DNA of 64,000 bases, from contig CAVNZM010000018.1 of the NCBI GenBank assembly GCA_963693365.1, forward strand, positions 1,421,861 to 1,485,860, given 5' to 3'. Below, one piece after another: positions 35,120 through 46,730 of the stretch. The position numbers and the translations under genes are program-made. Source of the DNA: Amoebidium appalachense. Its lineage: Eukaryota; Protista; Ichthyosporea. Numbering within the stretch: position 1 is the stretch's first letter; each line of letters opens with the position of its first letter. The notes beneath the pieces were generated by a model, which did not search any database, was not told the origin of the DNA, and saw nothing but the letters and a program-made list of their open reading frames with translations.

Positions 35120-38042
35120 CTGCTAAGAATGCGTGCGCCACACGTTGTCGTGTACGCATCAGCAAGGCAAAAGAGTTCCTCGCAAAGTTGGAAAACGATG
35201 CTACGAGCGTGATAGACACGGACACGAAGGAACCAATGTTTTCTGGTGAGAAACTGCTCGAGCGCAAACGCCGATGCGAGATGGAAATCGAGCTCTTCTG
35301 CGAACTGTTCGCGCTGGCGGAAGGTCGTGCATACGACCCCGTAAGCGACAAGTGGGAACCAACCCCACAGGTGTCGGACCAAACCGATGCCTAATTTATC
35401 CTTCTTCTTCTGGAATGCTCGGACACTGGGCCCCCAAAAGGGCCTCCCCCCGGGACACTCGACGATAAAATCAGCTACATACAACAACAGACAAACAACC
35501 ACACGTTTACAGTGATTTGCGAAACACAGTTCAAAAACCACCACAAATTCAACTCTACATTGGTCGACACATCCACACACCCCGGTTACGCGAAAAACCG
35601 AGGCATTATTGTACTTGCCGCACCACACGTGAGAGTGAAGTGCAAACCGGTAGCAAAAACGGAATTCTCGGTTTCTATAGAGTTTCTTTCTAATGTTTTT
35701 ACTTTTGTATATTACCCACCATCTATGTCGGTTGTCGAATTGACTCACGAGTTGTCACAGTTACCAATGTCCACTGTTATTTTAGGTGATTTTAACACGC
35801 GACTCCACCACACAGACACACTGCAAGTGAGTGTCGGGTACCCATCTAAGCCCCCGGAGCGTGCTATCTCTTTAGCAAGGTATGTCCAAAGTCACACTTT
35901 GCGGTTCCCTCAAATATCCCATGCCCACAACACCGACTGGGGAGTGGCCTTTTGGCCATCAACCATGTCAAAACTCTCTCTCCCTCCTAACCTCTCTAGG
36001 TCATCTGACCACTCTCCTATCCTTTTCCTACCTAAGATCTCCCTTGATCTGCTCCCCCCTCCCCCTCCCACCTTTCGCCTCCGTCTATCCCAGCTTAAGT
36101 CACAGTGGGGTAGAGTTGATGTATGTGTATGCTATGCTACGAAACACCCTATATATATGCGCTTATTAGAATCTGCACAAGCCAGGCCAGATTCACATCT
36201 CGTACTAGATACATGCACTAACTTTATTGTTGATGATTTGATAGATCTCGGTGGTTATGCTGGCGGTGGTAGGAAGGAATATCCCGATGCTCTCTTGTTA
36301 CCAAACACCACTCCCGCTAGACTAGGTGAACCCCTGTCTCAAAAGGAAAGCTTGCGCCGGCTTGCTAGTATGAATCGATTTGGCCCCCCTGCTCGTATTA
36401 TTGGTGATACCACTGGAGACCCCCTCATAGACTCTGATAAGTATTTCTCGGAACTGTTTAAAGATAGGACCCCCGCTCAGAAACCTATTGTGTGGCCTGT
36501 AGACCCATCTATCCCCATAGAATCGATCCTCCCCTTTTTCAGTCCCGATGCCATATGGTCTGTGATATCTAGTTATAGCTCTAGTAAGTCTTGTGGACCT
36601 GATGGACTCCCTGCTGGGTTTCTTAAAATCCTTGTTCCCTCCTACCCACAAAAGGAAAGTGATCGTGCTATTAAACCTGATCTTACTATCATGTTAAGCT
36701 CTCTCTTTTCTTGGTGTGTTAAATGTGGACATGTCCCGTCATCTTGGTTAGATACCTTAGTGATCCCCATAGTTAAGAAGGACTCTGAGGGCCCCATATC
36801 ATCCTTTCGCCCCATTACACTAACCCAGGTTGTTCGTAGATTCTTTGAAGCTTGCTTACTTAGGTTATTTGCACATCACCCTAGGTTTCAATCTATTCTT
36901 CACATACACCCATGCCAATCCGCTTTTCGTAAAAACAATTCATGTTATGTTCAAATAATGGCACTGCACGATTCTATGCAAGTTGGTGCACAATATGTTG
37001 GCTTTATTGATTGGAAAACTGCTTACGATTCTGTCTCCCCTGGTCTCCTATGGGAAAAGCTTGCTGCACGGGGTGTACCACACTGCATTGGTGTTCTGTT
37101 AGAAGCACTCTTGTCTCAAACCTATGGTAGAGCTGTGGTTAATGGGCATCTTTCATATGGTTTTGCTCGTACTAGAGGTCTCTTGCAGGGTTCATTGCTT
37201 AGCCCCTTTTTGTTTAACCTATTTATAGATGATTTGGCTGTCAAGATTTACGCCGAAAACGATGACCCTATTAATAACTTTCCGCCTGCACTTCTCTATG
37301 CTGATGATCTGTCCCTCCCTGCCCGTACCCCTAGACGCCTGCAAAGATTGTTCGATGTAGTGTCAGAGTGGTGCAAGGCAAACCTTATGATCCTTAACAT
37401 AGACAAATGTGGTGTTCTTGTACCTGATATAGCTAACAATTTACACACATTTACATTATCATCTAAACCTGTACCTATAGTTCCAGAATACAAATATCTT
37501 GGTGTTCCGGTTGATTCTGTTGGTGTTATGTTTCCCCATATGGTCGAAAAGAGGGTAGAGTTGGCTCGTAAGCGGTTAGCTTTCTTCTCGGCTAATATTT
37601 TTAAAGACACACCCCTCCATCCTTCTATTAGAATTTACATTTATTCGCACTTTTGTCTTCCCGGCATGTGAATATGGTTTACCCCTTCTCCCCACTTGGA
37701 TCAAGAAAGAGAGAACTAGAGCGCTTAAACCCTTGGCAAATTTACTTGAAGCAGAAGTTGCCTCCTTTCTATCTAACAACTGTTCAACTTGTAAACCTGG
37801 GCCTGTAACGCTCTCGATATATGGTCTGGTCCCAATAGCAGCTAGCCTAAGTATCCCATCTCGCGCTGAAATTCAATAAGCACATAAGCCGCTTAAAGAA
37901 TTATTTGCCCTCCCACCCTCTCTTCTCTATCCGACCTGTCCCCTCCCCACCTCTCCCATCTTTCCTTCCCCCTCTCTCTCTCCTTCTTCCCTGGGCACAA
38001 ATACAAATAAACCCCGCAAAAGTGTGCGTGTGACTTTGGACT
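35120..38042 (+). mobile_element. LINE (APE-RT non-LTR retrotransposon), 5'-truncated, internally deleted near its 3' end
   Basis: ORF1 tail ends at 35394, overlapping the ORF2 ATG at 35387 (MPNLSFFFWNAR). APE motifs ICET, YYPP, ILGDFN, SDH; RT motifs GPDG, FRPITL, QGSLLSP, YADD, YKYLG. Frameshifts near 35450 and 37660. Confidence 0.9.
35512..37671 (+). CDS. LINE ORF2 endonuclease/reverse transcriptase, main open segment
   Basis: 719-aa ORF carrying the APE and RT motifs above. Confidence 0.88.
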   Translation: MICETQFKNHHKFNSTLVDTSTHPGYAKNRGIIVLAAPHVRVKCKPVAKTEFSVSIEFLSNVFTFVYYPPSMSVVELTHELSQLPMSTVILGDFNTRLHHTDTLQVSVGYPSKPPERAISLARYVQSHTLRFPQISHAHNTDWGVAFWPSTMSKLSLPPNLSRSSDHSPILFLPKISLDLLPPPPPTFRLRLSQLKSQWGRVDVCVCYATKHPIYMRLLESAQARPDSHLVLDTCTNFIVDDLIDLGGYAGGGRKEYPDALLLPNTTPARLGEPLSQKESLRRLASMNRFGPPARIIGDTTGDPLIDSDKYFSELFKDRTPAQKPIVWPVDPSIPIESILPFFSPDAIWSVISSYSSSKSCGPDGLPAGFLKILVPSYPQKESDRAIKPDLTIMLSSLFSWCVKCGHVPSSWLDTLVIPIVKKDSEGPISSFRPITLTQVVRRFFEACLLRLFAHHPRFQSILHIHPCQSAFRKNNSCYVQIMALHDSMQVGAQYVGFIDWKTAYDSVSPGLLWEKLAARGVPHCIGVLLEALLSQTYGRAVVNGHLSYGFARTRGLLQGSLLSPFLFNLFIDDLAVKIYAENDDPINNFPPALLYADDLSLPARTPRRLQRLFDVVSEWCKANLMILNIDKCGVLVPDIANNLHTFTLSSKPVPIVPEYKYLGVPVDSVGVMFPHMVEKRVELARKRLAFFSANIFKDTPLHPSIRIYIYSHFCLPGM

Positions 38043-38744
38043 AAAACATAACGAGACAGTTATTGATGTTGGGTTGTGTGGTTGTTACCTCCCTCTCCCC
38101 TCCCCCCCCCCGGCCCCCCCCCCCCTCCCTCGCCTCACGCTTCTCCCCCCCCCCCCCCCCCCCGGGGCCCCCCTGGCCCCCCCGCCTCACGCTTCCCCCC
38201 CCCCCCCCCCCCCAAATCCTGCAGTTGCTGGATCTGCCAAATGTTATGACCCTTTTTTCTTTCATTTACCCCCCCCCCCCCCCCCCCCCCCCCATTCCCC
38301 CCCCCCCCCCCCCCCCCCCCTTTCTTGCCACACTGTGTTATCAGTCTAGGGCCGGGAGAGATTGCCATTGCCGAAGTACCAAGTTTACTTGTGGTCCTCC
38401 AAAAACATGTAGCTGAAAACCACCAAGTGCAATATGTTCTAAATTGCTTGCAAAAAATTTATAATATTTTTATTATTTTGTTGTTTTACTTATTTTACAG
38501 AACTGTTTGGTAACCGGATGATATGCATGGACAGGCAATAAAACTTTCCACGTGCACTGAGTGCCAGGTGGGCAACATATTTCAGTCGCGTTTTACCTCT
38601 TTCCCTCCGGGTATCTGCTACACTAGCTGGCAATGTGAACACTTTAGACTTTTTGTTGAATTCTGTTGGTCGTCACATTGAGTATTTATATGATTTTCAC
38701 ACAGTGTTCAGGTATCTCAGTATGCACTTGTTACTGGATAACTC

Positions 38745-40433
38745 GTGAAGTTTTTATTTTTACAGGCCTTTTCCCGTAACCCCACCCTTAAGCAGGCTTC
38801 CCAGCTGAGCCCTCTTCAGGCGGCGTTTCGGCATCGACACTCATGTTACGCACAAATCCTCACTCTACATAATGCAACTCAAAGTGATACCGAGCACCTC
38901 GTATTTATCGATTTTAAGAACGCGTACGACACGGTCGACCTCCCTCGCCTGTGGGCCAAGTTGGCCACTCGCGGTGTCCCATTCCAAATGGGTCGTCTAC
39001 TGGAAGCTATGTTTACGTTTACACGCGGACGAGCGGTGGTTAATGGGCGGCTATCCCCAGGGTTTACCCGCACGCGCGGGGTACTTCAAGGGTCCCTGCT
39101 AAGTCCTCTTCTTTTCAACCTGTATATTGATGATTTAGCCGACACTCTTTCTGCGGCACAAATTGACGGGGGGTTGCCATCCCAGGCTCCCCCCGCCCTC
39201 TTTTTTGCCGACGATATTGTGCTTATGTCATCCGATCCTCTCGAACTACGGCAATACATTCGTGTGGTTGAACATTGGTGCCAGCGCAACGATATGCAGA
39301 TTAATGTCAAAAAGTGTGCCCTTTTATCAAAATCGATACCGGCATGGGACGACGTTTGTATTTTCGGCAGTCCCCTCCCTCGCCCAATCGAATACAAGTA
39401 TTTGGGGATTCCGGTGGACGAATGGGGCATATGTTTCAAACGGATGATCGACCGTCGGGTGGAGAGTGCAGGCAGGTGTCTTCGGTTATTTCGGGATGTG
39501 TATCTTGCTACTCTTTCTCATACTGTCCACCTATACAATCGTCTTAGTATATTTCGCACATATATTCGCCCTTTGTCGGAATACGGGTTGCCCTTACTAG
39601 CTATGGCACCCCCTGATACTGTTACTAATGTCCTCAAATCATTAGATGATTTCCATTACACAACTTGTTGTATGTTTCTCACTGGTCTTTCCACACCTAT
39701 CCCTAGACGCCTTTTTGATTCTCTCTACGCACTCACACCACCATCACAACGCGTACACGAATTAGCCCTTAAATTTCACGAGCACATCACCCGCCTGTCC
39801 GCTTGTGCCCCGGACCACCCGCTCTTCCGGCTACACGCATCCCCGCCGGATTCGCCCCTCTACCTCTTCCCTTCCCCATCGTCTCTGCCCATTGCCGAGC
39901 GCTATGTGGAATGGCTGGCGACCCCCCCGGAGGTACGGCTAGATCATAGTGTGAATATGAATAGTTTCAAGTCTATGGCTGTTAGATATCTTTTTACTTT
40001 ACGTGTTGAGTCCCTTCCGGTGTTAGGACCGCAAAAACACCAACTACTAGTAGCCTATATGGCGGATACGGTTAGAGAGTCTCGTTCATACATAGATTCG
40101 TTTATTCGTAATGTGGTGTGGTGTAAAAACGCAAAGATGATTATGGCTTGGCGGTGTAATCGGTTTCTGGTGTCTCCTGCTCGTATGTGTAATATGTGTG
40201 GGGGGCGGTTTACTCGCGGCTGCATATCTATCAATAAATGCAACCTGTTAGCTAATGTATTAGAACCGGAGGTTATTGGCGGTTTTATTCTCTTTTCTTC
40301 CTCTCTTCCTCAATATATCCGTTTTAGGATGACTATCCTAGATCACCTTATTAATGCTGCACAGTATGATATTGTGATCCGTTGCCTTAACTTTCTGTCG
40401 GAGCTACCGATGCTAGCATCTGCTTACCCATAA
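38745..40433 (+). CDS. 5'-truncated LINE ORF2 of a related subfamily: RT plus C-terminal Cys region
   Basis: QAAFR, FIDFKNAYD, QGSLLSP, FADD, YKYLG, AWRCN...CNMC; lacks APE. Confidence 0.9.
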   Translation: MKFLFLQAFSRNPTLKQASQLSPLQAAFRHRHSCYAQILTLHNATQSDTEHLVFIDFKNAYDTVDLPRLWAKLATRGVPFQMGRLLEAMFTFTRGRAVVNGRLSPGFTRTRGVLQGSLLSPLLFNLYIDDLADTLSAAQIDGGLPSQAPPALFFADDIVLMSSDPLELRQYIRVVEHWCQRNDMQINVKKCALLSKSIPAWDDVCIFGSPLPRPIEYKYLGIPVDEWGICFKRMIDRRVESAGRCLRLFRDVYLATLSHTVHLYNRLSIFRTYIRPLSEYGLPLLAMAPPDTVTNVLKSLDDFHYTTCCMFLTGLSTPIPRRLFDSLYALTPPSQRVHELALKFHEHITRLSACAPDHPLFRLHASPPDSPLYLFPSPSSLPIAERYVEWLATPPEVRLDHSVNMNSFKSMAVRYLFTLRVESLPVLGPQKHQLLVAYMADTVRESRSYIDSFIRNVVWCKNAKMIMAWRCNRFLVSPARMCNMCGGRFTRGCISINKCNLLANVLEPEVIGGFILFSSSLPQYIRFRMTILDHLINAAQYDIVIRCLNFLSELPMLASAYP

Positions 40434-41297
40434 TATGTAATAGGGGTGTCAGATACTACGATGGCGCTCATTGTTGCCTAGCATGTACATATGTCACTGG
40501 CTGCATTTGATTGGCTGTGCTGGAAAACGCAGTAGGCCGTCGAATGTGGCTGGGCCTCCGGCAATGTCCACGCAATAAAAAAGTGTGTAAACCCCCCAAG
40601 TTTTTATTGTCTTCTCCGTATGCCGTGCATACTTGCATATCTTTCCGTTGAATAAATCCAGTCAAAAGAAAAAAATATTTCAGTGAAGTCTGGAATTGGC
40701 ACCCCCCCGAGATGTTCCCGAACATAAAATCATCATTCTACGGTGTGTGTCAATATACCATGCTCACAAGTCAGTACTGCAATGATACTATTCTCAGTTT
40801 ACTTCAAAGCATCCCCCCCCCCCCCCCCCCCCCCTCTTCCCATTCCCTGCCCCCCCAAATTTGTTTTTTATGCTTTTCATACTCAGTGACTGCAATCATG
40901 GCACCCGTGTTTTCTAGATATATTTCCTTTCATTGTGTTCAACGTCTATGTGTGTGTGTGAGTGTGTGTGTGTGTTTGTGTGTGTGTGAATGTGTGTGTG
41001 TGGGCCAAGTGAAGGTTGTATGCGTTTTTTTCTTCTTATGAATAGTTGTTTTTGTATTCTATTCGATTATTACTTTGTGTGTAAATGTGGAAAAAAAACA
41101 AATAAAAAAAATTACCAATGACCACCGCCCAGCTTGAATCACCCTAGCTCTAGTGTAAAACAATAATCATTATCAGTCACAAACCCTTCTACTACACTCG
41201 CCCCAAATGTCATATTCACATTACTGAGTTGATTTAGTTGTGTTTTTTACTCTATTTTTTTCAACAACTGTCTGTTATTAAAACATTAAAATGTACA

Positions 41298-41328
<31 letters not shown>

Positions 41329-41342
41329 GCCACAGGCCGGTG

Positions 41343-41376
<34 letters not shown>

Positions 41377-41418
41377 GATATAGAATTTACCGTCCTCATC
41401 CCCGTGTCCCCCTAAACC

Positions 41419-41899
41419 GGTGTTAGCGGACCTTTGAGGTTTTTGTGATTGGATTGGTAGTTCTATTACATTAAAATTTTCAAAATGTCGTTGTACCAAT
41501 GATATAATACGTTGTAAAACAAATGTCGCCGAATTTCTCTTAAAAAAGTGCGTTCCATTCTGGGTTAGAAACAAAAACAGTTTTGATACGGGAATCACCT
41601 GATCTCTGCCGTCATTCAGCCCAGCGCGTTCACAGTGAATCCGAAACCGCTGGTTTTTTTCTTTTTATTTCAAAGCCCCGAGTACGTACATCCTCTCGGG
41701 CCCAACTTTACGGCACTATATTTCAATTTTCTCATTATCAAATATATAGTTATTTTAGGCTTTTTCATTAGTATCGCAAGAATATTTAGCGATTTTGATG
41801 TCATAAAAACAACTTAGCAACGTTTCGATGGTTTTTGATGCCTCACAAAATGGCCTTTGGTCCCCTCCAAATTCCGGATTTGAGGTCCGGCAAACAACG
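41419..41899. mobile_element. Possible MITE with imperfect TIRs
   Basis: CGGTGTTAGCGGACCT at left versus the reverse complement of AGGTCCGGCAAACAACG at right; no TSD found. Confidence 0.3.
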
Positions 41900-41914
41900 C
41901 ATTATATATATTGA

Positions 41915-42122
41915 TAATTAGCCGAGAAGAAAGCTAACCGCCTACGACCCAGCTCTACCCTCTTTTCAACCATATGGGAAAACATAGCACCAACAGAATT
42001 AACTGGAACACCAAGATATTTGTATTCTGGAACTATAGGTACAGGTTTAGATGATAGTGTAAATGTGTTTAAATTGCTAGCTAAATCAATTACAAGAACA
42101 CCACAACTTCCTATGTTAAGGC
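41915..42122 (-). pseudogene. LINE RT fragment of the 35.5-kb family
   Basis: TFTLSSKPVPIVPEYKYLGVPV...VEKRVEL nearly identical to about 37390-37597. Confidence 0.9.
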
Positions 42123-42357
42123 TCATTGTGTAAACGAACTGTAAGTGGGAACGAAGAACATGGCGAAAGAAGGAATAAACGAGAAACGCGTCGCGCGGCA
42201 AAGTAAATTATGGCCGGAAAGTGGAAATTAGTGGAGATTAGTGGAAACGTGTTCTGTGTAAACGAACTGTAAGTGGGAACGTACAACATGGCGAAACCGG
42301 GAACGAGTCGCGCGACAAAACGAATTATGGATGGAGAGTGGAAATTAGCGGAAATTA

Positions 42358-44811
42358 CAGTAAACCGCTCGAATTTGGGACGGTCATAAATTTGGGACAC
42401 TTTTAATTGGCCCTCGGCGCATCACCCGGACTTGGGTCCATTATTACGTTTTTCCCGCCCTTTTTGCATGCCAGCGTGTCTGGTTGGCTGCCCAACCCGG
42501 CAGCCAAGTTTGAAAATAAAGGGCCGTTTTCCACCAACCACCACAGCAGAGCAAAGCACATCCTCTTTCGAAAACATAGGAACTCCTCATCCTCACTCTA
42601 AGGATTTCCTCTCACGTAGCCTCACATCGTTCATATGCTTTGTACTTTTACTGCCCATTTATCACACACCCTTGCCCCACAGACAGAATGGGGTTCCCAA
42701 CATGAGTGCACAAGGGCAGAAAAGGCGCAAGCCCACAGCAGAGGAGATAGAGGCAGCGTTTCTAGAACACAAAAATAAGACACATGAAGAGCGATGTAAT
42801 TTAGCTGCAGAGCACGTGAAGCATAATATTTATTCTTACAGGGAAGCAGTTGAAGTTTTTGGGGTAGCACGCACCACCATTGAGAATCACCTCAAGGGCA
42901 AAGTTAGTAGGCACAGGGCCGGAAGGCCCTCAGCACTCACTTATGAACAAGAGAGAGGTGTGATAGAGTGGATCTTTGAGAGGCAGGATGCGAATCTCTC
43001 CGCATCTGTTCGTGAAATCAAACAGAAACTAGTAGAAACTGCAAAGGAACACGGGGTACCCTTTAAGAACGACAGACCATCTGATGGGTTCTGGAATGCT
43101 TTCAAAAAACGACACCCAGACTTCACTTTGAGGGTGCCTTTGCCAGCTGATGACCGGCACGATGCAGCAACAACACCAAGCATCATTCGTCACTACTTTG
43201 ACATCATCCGCAAAGTGATGGTAACCTTTTTTGGCGGTCGATTCCTTCCCCACCAAGTCCTCAACCTGGACGAAACCCCACAGAGAATCCACTACGTTCC
43301 CAGACTAGCCGGTGCTAAAAAGGGCAGCAGGGCAGTCCGACGTCGCATCATCGGAAACGGCAAAGAAAACGTCACCATCATTCCAATTGGCAATGTTGCA
43401 GGTGAACTTCTCGGTGTCATCGTGATTCTCAAAGGCGCCCGAGTCAAGAAAGCGACAATCGAAGCCTGTACCATTGATAACGTGTACTTTACCGCAGTTC
43501 CAAACGGCCTCAACAACACCAAGATTTTCGACCAAATTGCTATTGCTCTGGTTAAAATTCTGAAGAACCAACCCGACCCAGGCCCCCACATGGTACTGGT
43601 CGACAGACATCACTCGCGCGCGTCATCTTTCGCCCTCAGGCACCTCAAAAACAACCAAGTTTACGTGGTCGGACTACCGGGAAGCACAACACCAACCACC
43701 CAAGCAATGGACAACTGCAACGTTCCGAGTGTGAAGAAGGAATACAGGAACCTCTACTGCGAGTTTGTCGCGGCAAACCCAACCCTCAGGAAGTTCACCT
43801 ATGCACATTTCATCGCGCTGTACTCGCGTGCGTTCAACGGTAAACTCACCAAACAATCGATAGTGAGTGCGTTCGCCAAAACTGGCTTCAGACAGGAGAA
43901 CGGAGAGGTGGTTGTGGATGAGGAGAGAGTTCAAGCATCACTGCCCCTCAAGCATCGTGCGGCTACTGCAAACCTCCCCCCGCCTGAAATCACTTCGAAA
44001 GAACTCAGGTGGACTGAAGATGAGGAATCTCAAGAGGGGGACAACTCAGAGGAAAGCAGGGAGGTGCCTGAACCGGAAAATGAATACGAAAACGGAAACG
44101 AAAATCCCCCCGAAATCGAAAACGAAAACCCCCCCGAAAACGAAAACGAAAGAAAACGAACCACCAAGAAACGAGCACGGGCAACCATACTGGCCTGGCT
44201 ACTACTTCCCCTACCAACAGGTCCCATTCAACCCATACCAACCTGGGATGCAATACCAACAGTACCCGTTTTATCAGTATCCATACCCCGGACAGATGTA
44301 GAGGTGTGCTAACAGTACAGGAACGAGCATGCGTGTGTAGGTTGCACTTATAGTACAGAACGACGTCTTTAGTCACAGGCAATAGGTTGTATGATGTGTT
44401 TAGTTTATTTTGCAAAACAGGCACCCTTGAAGCCTCGTTAAGTGTACAGACTGGTTTGAAAGCTAGAGAAGGCCCCAGGGGTGGGCAATGGTGAAAGGAA
44501 CAGCGAGACCACACCCTGGTGCGTGTGCGTCAGCTTGTTCGTGTGCATATACGTCTATGCAACACGTGTCCCAAATAAAAATGCATTTTGAATTCAGAAT
44601 GAAATTTGCAAGATGATACCCTAGGCTACATTCACGTGTCTAAGTCGTCGGAAACGTGTTTTATGAACCTCAGCACTTATATACTGGGGTAGCCATGTGC
44701 CAGGGCTTGCTGGGGATGCTCGAATGTTCCAGAAAAAAGCTAAAAATAGCTACCCATAAGCGCTCGATCAGCGATGACGCGAAAAGTGTCCCAAATTCGA
44801 GCGGTTTACTG
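42358..44811 (+). mobile_element. pogo/Fot1-like Tc1-mariner DNA transposon, 2454 bp, full length
   Basis: Perfect 24-bp TIR CAGTAAACCGCTCGAATTTGGGAC with TA on both sides. Confidence 0.96.
42702..44312 (+). CDS. DD35D pogo-family transposase (HTH-psq, CENP-B-type HTH, DDE_1)
   Basis: YSYREAVEVFGVARTTI; PSDGFWNAFKKRHP; NLDET...LVDRHHS...QAMD with 35 residues between D2 and D3. Confidence 0.92.
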   Translation: MSAQGQKRRKPTAEEIEAAFLEHKNKTHEERCNLAAEHVKHNIYSYREAVEVFGVARTTIENHLKGKVSRHRAGRPSALTYEQERGVIEWIFERQDANLSASVREIKQKLVETAKEHGVPFKNDRPSDGFWNAFKKRHPDFTLRVPLPADDRHDAATTPSIIRHYFDIIRKVMVTFFGGRFLPHQVLNLDETPQRIHYVPRLAGAKKGSRAVRRRIIGNGKENVTIIPIGNVAGELLGVIVILKGARVKKATIEACTIDNVYFTAVPNGLNNTKIFDQIAIALVKILKNQPDPGPHMVLVDRHHSRASSFALRHLKNNQVYVVGLPGSTTPTTQAMDNCNVPSVKKEYRNLYCEFVAANPTLRKFTYAHFIALYSRAFNGKLTKQSIVSAFAKTGFRQENGEVVVDEERVQASLPLKHRAATANLPPPEITSKELRWTEDEESQEGDNSEESREVPEPENEYENGNENPPEIENENPPENENERKRTTKKRARATILAWLLLPLPTGPIQPIPTWDAIPTVPVLSVSIPRTDVEVC

Positions 44812-45769
44812 TAGTGGAAATGTGCCGGTGTAAACGGACTGTAAATGGAAACTCAGAAGATGGCGAAAGAAGGAATAAACGGGGAACGAGTCGCGCGACA
44901 CAATGAATCATAACCGAAAAGTGGAAATGGTGGAAATGCGTTGGATGTAAATGAATAGTAAGTGGAAATTAAGTGGAAGTGAGTGAGTGTTGGAACACCG
45001 TGAAAGCGGGAATAAACGGAACGATTCGCTCGACGTTTCGGAAATGAATCGAAAAGTGGAAACCAGTGGAAATGTGTCGCCGTAAAAGAATCGTAAGTAG
45101 AAATGATGGAAGCTATAAAATGGGTAAAAATGGGTGAAAGAAAATGCAGTGAAACTATTCAACAGTGAATGAAGTCGCGACAGTGAATGAAGTCGCGCTA
45201 CGTTTGACGAACAGTTGAATATCAGCCCGTATCAAACGGGGGTATAGTGAAAAATGGGTCAATCTGTATGAGTTCAAAAATGGGTCAATCGGGTTCATTG
45301 ATTATTCGATTTGATTGGCTATTTCGCCAACACTTTTAGAATTAGCCAATCATTGGGTTGCCTGGGTTTGGCGCTCTTAATCGTATTTAGGCAAATTCTG
45401 AGCATTTTGACACCCTTCTGGGTCGTATTTACTAATTGGATGCCCTCTTTTAATCGTATTGCGGGGTTTTCTAAATCGTAATTTGGGGCAATACGATTCG
45501 TAACGCAAACCCTGAAGAACGATGTCGGCAGCGCGCCTAAATCGTTTCAAACACGTCCGAGGCAGTAATCCTTAACGCTTGGACAATGTTATCCGGGTTA
45601 TTATATTACCCCTTTTTCTGAACGCTCTTTCTTTTGTTTTGAGGCCTTCTTTTCTAGATTGCATGTTCCATACTCTATTAGCTATGTATATATGCTTGCT
45701 ACTTTCTCCGAATTCATAGCAGAATACATAATTGAACCGTGCTTCATGATAATAATACCCCCACCTCTC

Positions 45770-46437
45770 CCCTCTTTCCTCCCACCTCTCCCCTCTTTCC
45801 TTCCCTCTCTCTCTCCTTCTTCCCCGGGCACAAATACAAATAAACCCCGCAAAAGTGTGCGTGTGACTTTGGACTGCCACTTACATATTAGACATGTACA
45901 TAATCACAAAATAATTACGCAATATAACAATTGGAAAAAGATACCACACGACTGTCACACTAGACCCGATGAAAGCATACACCTTGAAAAACTAAGCCTT
46001 ATGTCTCGTTTTATATATAATGGCCGCCTTAACCATATTGCCAAATATGGCACTCGCAAATGTGTAACACCTAAATACATATTACCTTCCTGTAGAATTG
46101 GTCTTTCTCTAGCTGATGGTATTATTGATCACACACCACGCTTTTACTGTACACGTGCTATATATATACAGTGGAGATCTAATAAGTATAAGTTGGCATC
46201 GTTTGCATGCCCAAACAACACACACACACACCAGTTTAAACGGTTATGTATCGCCAAATGTAGTTTGATAGACCACATATTACCGTAACACACACACACA
46301 CACATTCACAACAGACACCCAGAAAGATAGCCAACCTGAAAATTACCACATCCTTGATTTCATACTAAACACGCGTAACTATGACCTATTTACTAGATGT
46401 ATTGATTGGCTTGAGAAACACATCATTACAAAATTCT

Positions 46438-46480
<43 letters not shown>

Positions 46481-46730
46481 CCAGCTGATACCGAGTGTCC
46501 CAGGGGAGCCCGAAAAAAAAAAAACAAAAAAAAAAAAACGGGAACCCAACTAATTGATTTTTCTTATTCTTTATGGTGCCTCGTAGAGAAAGTAAACCCT
46601 GATATATAATCATCACCCGACATCTATGTACGTGATCACGATATACTGCTGAGGGGATATTCCGAGCAAAAACTCCCCATACCTGAGACTGGTCTCTCTT
46701 TGCCTCGATCGCGAGTAAACAGCGTAAACC
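45770..46730 (+). repeat. Uninterrupted copy of dispersed repeat R; diverged pieces also near 47270-47500 and 56955-57060
   Basis: Contains the empty Gypsy site, (CA)n and an A-tract. Confidence 0.85.

Larger units (their letters stand above)
42127..45110. repeat. Degenerate ~125-bp tandem repeat (GTGTAAACGAACTGTAAGTGGGAAC...GTGGAAATTAGTGG), split by the pogo insertion
   Basis: Units at 42127-42357 and 44812-45110; inverted copies at about 46730-47250. Confidence 0.7.

Noticed and set aside
45659-46288. 209-aa ORF
   Set aside because: Lies across repeat R, has no recognisable domain and is not maintained as one ORF in the other R copies
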